DNA from: an uncultured Actinomycetota bacterium
GTDB taxonomy: Bacteria; Actinomycetota; Actinomycetes; Mycobacteriales; SCTD01
Reading direction: 5' to 3'
Length of the DNA stretch: 64,000 nt
NCBI GenBank assembly: GCA_963762795.1
Contig: CAVXMC010000001.1
Span: 251,148-315,147, forward strand
A model generated the notes under the pieces. It ran no database searches and was not told where the DNA came from. It saw only the letters and a list, made by a program, of their open reading frames with translations. Numbering within the stretch: the first letter of the stretch is position 1; each line of letters begins with the position of its first letter. The position numbers were made by a program, and so were the translations under genes. Positions 60,645 to 64,000 of this stretch are shown here, piece after piece.

Positions 60645-61749
60645 CGGCGTGCTGACGGCGACCGTCTCGTAGACCTCGACGACGGCGCGGGTCACTGTCG
60701 ACCAGTCGTACGCCCGCACCGCCCGACGGCCCTCCGCGGCCAGGCGCTCGCGCCGCGGCGCGTCGGCGAGCAGGCCGGCCAGCGCGGTCGCCAGCGCTGC
60801 GCCGTCGCCGACCGGGAACAGCACCCCGGCGGCGCCGTCCTCGAGCACCCGGCGGAACGCCTCCAGGTCGCTCGCGACGACCGGCGTGCCGGTGGCCATC
60901 GCCTCGATGAGCACGATGCCGAAGCTCTCGCCGTGGGTGTTGGGCGCGCAGTAGACGGTGGCGGTGGCGTAGAGCGCGCGGCTTGTCCTGCTCGCTGATG
61001 CGGCCGAGCAGCTCGACCGCGTGCTCGGTGCCGGGTGGCGGCGCGACCTCGCGCGGGTCGCCCGGGCCGGCCACCAGCACGCGGACGTCCGGCACCTGCG
61101 CGACGAGCGCGGGCAGCGCGTCGAGCAGGACGGCGAGCCCCTTGCGCGACTCGTCGACCCGGCCGAGGAAGACGACGGTCGGCCGGTCCGGCTGGTCGGG
61201 CAGCGGCTGCGCGCCGTCGTAGCGGTCGACGAAGACGCCGTTCGGGATGAGCACCGCGTCGCCGCCGAGGTGCTCGACCACCACGCGGCGGGCCGCCGGC
61301 GACACGGCGATGCGCCCGGTGATCTTCTCCAGACCGGGCTGCAGGACGGTGCCGAAGACCTGGAGCATGCGGCTGCGCGCGGTCGCCGTGTGGAAGGTCG
61401 CCACCATGGGACCGGCGGCGGCGAAGCAGGCCAGCATGGACAGCGACGGCACCGTCGGCTCGTGCAGGTGCAGCACGTCGAACCGGCCGTGGCGCAGCCA
61501 CCGCCGGGTCCGCGCCAGCGACAGCGGGCCGAAGCAGAGCCGCGCGACGCTGCCGTTGTAGGGCACCGGCACCGTGCGCCCGGCCGGCACGACGTAGGCC
61601 GGCAGGTCGGCGTCGTCGGGGTCGTCGACCGGGGTCAGCACGCTGACCTCGTGGCCGAGCTCGAGCAGGCTGTCGGCGAGGTCGCGGACGTGCGCCTGCA
61701 CGCCGCCGGGCACGTCCCAGGAGTACGGGCAGACGATGCCGACCTTCAC
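60645..61749 (-). CDS. pimA: GT4 glycosyltransferase, phosphatidylinositol mannosyltransferase PimA-like; one frame break, 3' end uncertain
   Basis: The GTG at 61749 (GTGA overlap with the acyltransferase stop) gives VKVGIVCPYSWDVPGGVQAHVRDLA...HLHEP...VFLGRVDESRKG..., in the frame of ORF 59725..62253. After DK(P)RA it continues LYATATVYCAPNTHGESFGIVLIEAMATGTPVVASD... in ORF 59970..60914. The break is at ~60975. Synteny with pgsA and the acyltransferase supports the PimA call. Confidence 0.8.
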
Positions 61750-62642
61750 GCCTGCGCGGCCCGTCGGGGGTCGTCGGCGGCCAGGTCGTCCAGCCACAGC
61801 CGCTGCAGCATGTGCCAGTCGGCCGGGTGGGCGGCGATGCCGGCGGCGAAGGCGTCGGCCAGCGCCTGCGTCATGGTCGCGACGTCGGTGTGGGCGACCT
61901 CCTCGTGCCAGGTGCAGAGCCAACCGTCGTCGGTGAAGGCCAGCGTCACCGGCAGCAGCACCGCACCGGTGCGCAGGGCGAGCGACGCGGGGCCGGCCGG
62001 CATCCGCGCGGTCGCCCCGAAGAAGGTCACGTCGACGCCGCGCGCGGACAGGTCGCGGTCGGCGAGCAGGCAGAGGGTCCCGCCGGCCTCGAGCCGCTCG
62101 ACCAGCACGTCGTACGGCGGGCGGGCGCCCCCCGTCAGCGGCAGCACCTCCATGCCGAGCGACTCGCGGAAGGCGACGAAGCGGTCGAACAGCCCCTCGG
62201 GCTCCAGCCGCTCCGCGACCGTCGTGAAGGGCGCGCCGGTCAGGCCGCACCACGCGCCGGCGTGGTCCCAGTTGCCGCTGTGCGGCAGCGCGAGGATCAC
62301 GCCCCTGCCGCTCGCCAGCCCGGCCCGGAACCGCTCCTCGCCGACGACCTGCATGCCGCCGACGATGCGCTCCGGCGGGGTCACCGGCAGGCGGAAGACC
62401 TCGCGCCAGTAGCGGGCGTACGAGCGCAGCGCCGCCTGCGTCAGGTCCTGCCCCGGGGCGACCCGGGCCAGGTTCGCGCGCAGCCGGTCGACCCCCTTGC
62501 CGCCGCGCCGGGCGGCCAGGTCGGCCCCGGCGTCGAACAGCCGCACCGCGACCGGCTCGGGCAGGGCCCGCACGAACGCCCAGCCCCCGGCGTACGCCCC
62601 GAGCGTGAGCAGGTCGGCCACCCGCTGGAGCGGCGGCCTCAC
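61746..62642 (-). CDS. Lauroyl/myristoyl-type (LpxL/HtrB family) acyltransferase, PIM acyltransferase-like
   Basis: This is the last 298 aa of ORF 61746..63671, from VRPPLQRVADLLTLGAYAGGW...ILALPHSGNWDHAG...LLADRDL...FFGATARMPAGPA. It lies between pgsA and pimA, as in the mycobacterial PIM locus (from memory). Confidence 0.8.
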   Translation of the reverse strand: MRPPLQRVADLLTLGAYAGGWAFVRALPEPVAVRLFDAGADLAARRGGKGVDRLRANLARVAPGQDLTQAALRSYARYWREVFRLPVTPPERIVGGMQVVGEERFRAGLASGRGVILALPHSGNWDHAGAWCGLTGAPFTTVAERLEPEGLFDRFVAFRESLGMEVLPLTGGARPPYDVLVERLEAGGTLCLLADRDLSARGVDVTFFGATARMPAGPASLALRTGAVLLPVTLAFTDDGWLCTWHEEVAHTDVATMTQALADAFAAGIAAHPADWHMLQRLWLDDLAADDPRRAAQA

Positions 62643-63253
62643 GACTGCGCGAGCGCTGCCTGCTTGCGCACCTCGACGAGGCGCTGCACGACCGTGACCG
62701 CGGTGACCGCCGCGAGGACCCACAGCAGCACGGCGAGCACCCAGTGCGGGGCGCCCAGGCCGACCAGCAGGGTGCCGAGCAGGACGAGGATCAGCCGCTC
62801 GGCCCGCTCCGCGATGCCGACGTTCGCCGACAGCCCGAGCCCCTCGGCGCGCGCCTTCTCGTACGACACGACCTGGCCGGAGGCGAGGCAGAACAGCGCC
62901 ACGGCCAGCAGGGTCGTGTCGTCGCCGTCGCCGGCGTACCAGAGGACGAGGCCGCCGAAGATGGCGGAGTCGGCGACCCGGTCGCAGGTGGAGTCGAGCC
63001 ACGCGCCGAAGCGGCTCGTCGTGCCGCGCTGGCGGGCCATCGCGCCGTCGAAGAGGTCGGTGATGACCCCGAGGAAGACGATCGCGGTGCCCGTGAAGAA
63101 CATGCCCCGCGGGAAGAACACCAGCGCGCCGACCACCGCCCCGAGGGTGCCGAGCGAGGTCAGGACGTCGGGCGTCACGCCTGCGCGCAGCAGTCCCGCG
63201 GCGACCGGGTCGACCACCTTGGCCAGCGCGGGGCGTACGTGCAGGTTGAGCAT
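62639..63253 (-). CDS. pgsA: CDP-alcohol phosphatidyltransferase (phosphatidylinositol phosphate synthase-like)
   Basis: ORF 62639..63253, 204 aa: DLFDGAMARQRGTTSRFGAWLDSTCDRVAD, i.e. the motif D-x2-DG-x2-AR...G-x3-D-x3-D. It has multiple TM helices. Confidence 0.85.
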   Translation of the reverse strand: MLNLHVRPALAKVVDPVAAGLLRAGVTPDVLTSLGTLGAVVGALVFFPRGMFFTGTAIVFLGVITDLFDGAMARQRGTTSRFGAWLDSTCDRVADSAIFGGLVLWYAGDGDDTTLLAVALFCLASGQVVSYEKARAEGLGLSANVGIAERAERLILVLLGTLLVGLGAPHWVLAVLLWVLAAVTAVTVVQRLVEVRKQAALAQS

Positions 63254-63399
63254 CGGGGTCCGTCCGGTCGGGAGTGGCAGCCAGAGGGTAGCGAGGGCGG
63301 ACCCGCGCGACCGGCAGCGCCGCGGACCCCGGTGGTCGTACCTTCCTCGTGTCCGCGGGAGGGTGTGCGCGGGCCGGCACGGCCCAGGGAGGTCGGCGG

Positions 63400-64000
63400 A
63401 TGAGCAAGAGCACAGCAGCAGGGACGGCGCCCGCGCCGAGGGACGCCGGGCAGGTGCGCAACGTCGCCCTCGTCGGGCACGCGGGCGCGGGCAAGACGAC
63501 GCTCCTGGAGGCGCTGCTCGCGCGGGCCGGGGCGGTCCCCCGGGCCGGCCGGGTCGAGGACGGGACGACGGTCAGCGACACCGAGCCGTACGAGGTGCGC
63601 AGCCAGCACTCCGTCGCGCTCGCGTGCGCGGCGCTGGAGCACCGCGACGTCAAGGTGAACCTGCTGGACACGCCCGGCTCCCCCGACTTCGTCGGCGAGC
63701 TGCGGGCCGGCCTGCGCGCCGTCCGACGCCGCGCTGTTCGTCGTGTCGCCGGTGCAGGGCGTCGACGCCGTGACCGTGCAGCTGTGGGAGGAGTGCGCCG
63801 CCGTCGGCACCCCGCGCGCGGTCGTCGTGACGCAGCTGGACAAGCCGCGGGCCGACTTCGACGAGGCCGTCGCGGTCTGCCAGCGGGTGCTCGGCGAGGG
63901 CGTCCACCCGCTGCACCTGCCGATGCTCGCCGACGACGAGTCGGTCGCCGGCCTGATCGGGCTGCTGGACCAGAAGGTGCAGGACTACAGCAGCGGGACC
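63400..64000 (+). CDS. EF-G-like translational GTPase (second EF-G paralogue type), 3' end outside window; one frame break
   Basis: The ATG at 63400 gives [40 protein letters not shown]...[22 protein letters not shown]. After ~63722 the conserved sequence [45 protein letters not shown] continues in the adjacent frame. The ORF is not in the supplied track because it has no stop in the window. Confidence 0.8.
   Translation, partial: MSKSTAAGTAPAPRDAGQVRNVALVGHAGAGKTTLLEALLARAGAVPRAGRVEDGTTVSDTEPYEVRSQHSVALACAALEHRDVKVNLLDTPGSPDFVGELRAGLRAVRRRAVRRVAGAGRRRRDRAAVGGVRRRRHPARGRRDAAGQAAGRLRRGRRGLPAGARRGRPPAAPADARRRRVGRRPDRAAGPEGAGLQQRD

Overview
This 64-kb window comes from a very high-GC actinobacterial chromosome (well above 70 % GC by eye, not computed). 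It is mostly core genome and is transcribed almost entirely on the minus strand.

Gene content by coordinate:
- A membrane GGDEF-EAL gene.
- A complete, translationally coupled pyrimidine operon: pyrR-pyrB-pyrC-membrane protein-carA-carB-pyrK-pyrD-pyrF.
- Divergent bldD, then a lipoprotein, nusB-efp and aroB-aroK-aroC.
- A 13.6-kb type IV pilus locus wedged between aroE and aroC: pilB-pilT-pilC-small ORF-pilA-three minor pilins-pilD-pilM-pilN-pilO-PilP-like.
- mltG-ruvX-alaS, a DUF948-type pair plus rarA, a secreted caspase-like protease, and a GNAT.
- aspS-hisS, an MBL hydrolase, and a cyclophilin.
- relA-apt-secF-secD-yajC-ruvB-ruvA-ruvC.
- An orphan CheB plus CheR-PAS pair.
- yebC-pdxT-pdxS and LemA-like-pimA-acyltransferase-pgsA.
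- The 5' part of an EF-G-like GTPase.

I saw no rRNA, tRNA, CRISPR array, transposase, integrase or recognisable defence system. This was by eye only; no tRNA or ncRNA scan was possible.

Main observations:
1. I count roughly 60-70 reading-frame breaks (approximate, manual). More than half lie in the pilus locus, while stretches of 6-12 kb have none. Broken genes include essential ones such as alaS, aspS, hisS and secD. I favour consensus error or a collapsed strain mixture over real decay, but reads are needed to decide.
2. Long-stem hairpin modules occur in convergent intergenic regions, and two of these regions carry duplicated modules.
3. Five tandem direct repeats and a perfect hairpin lie between pilA and the minor-pilin genes.
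4. A small secreted-protein ORF lies between pilC and pilA.
5. An orphan CheB / CheR-PAS-coiled-coil-PAS pair sits between yebC and ruvC.
6. There is a c-di-GMP theme: GGDEF-EAL, BldD with an intact RGD...RHED motif, and PilB with MshEN-type repeats.

Gene models for broken genes are given as full spans with the break positions noted.
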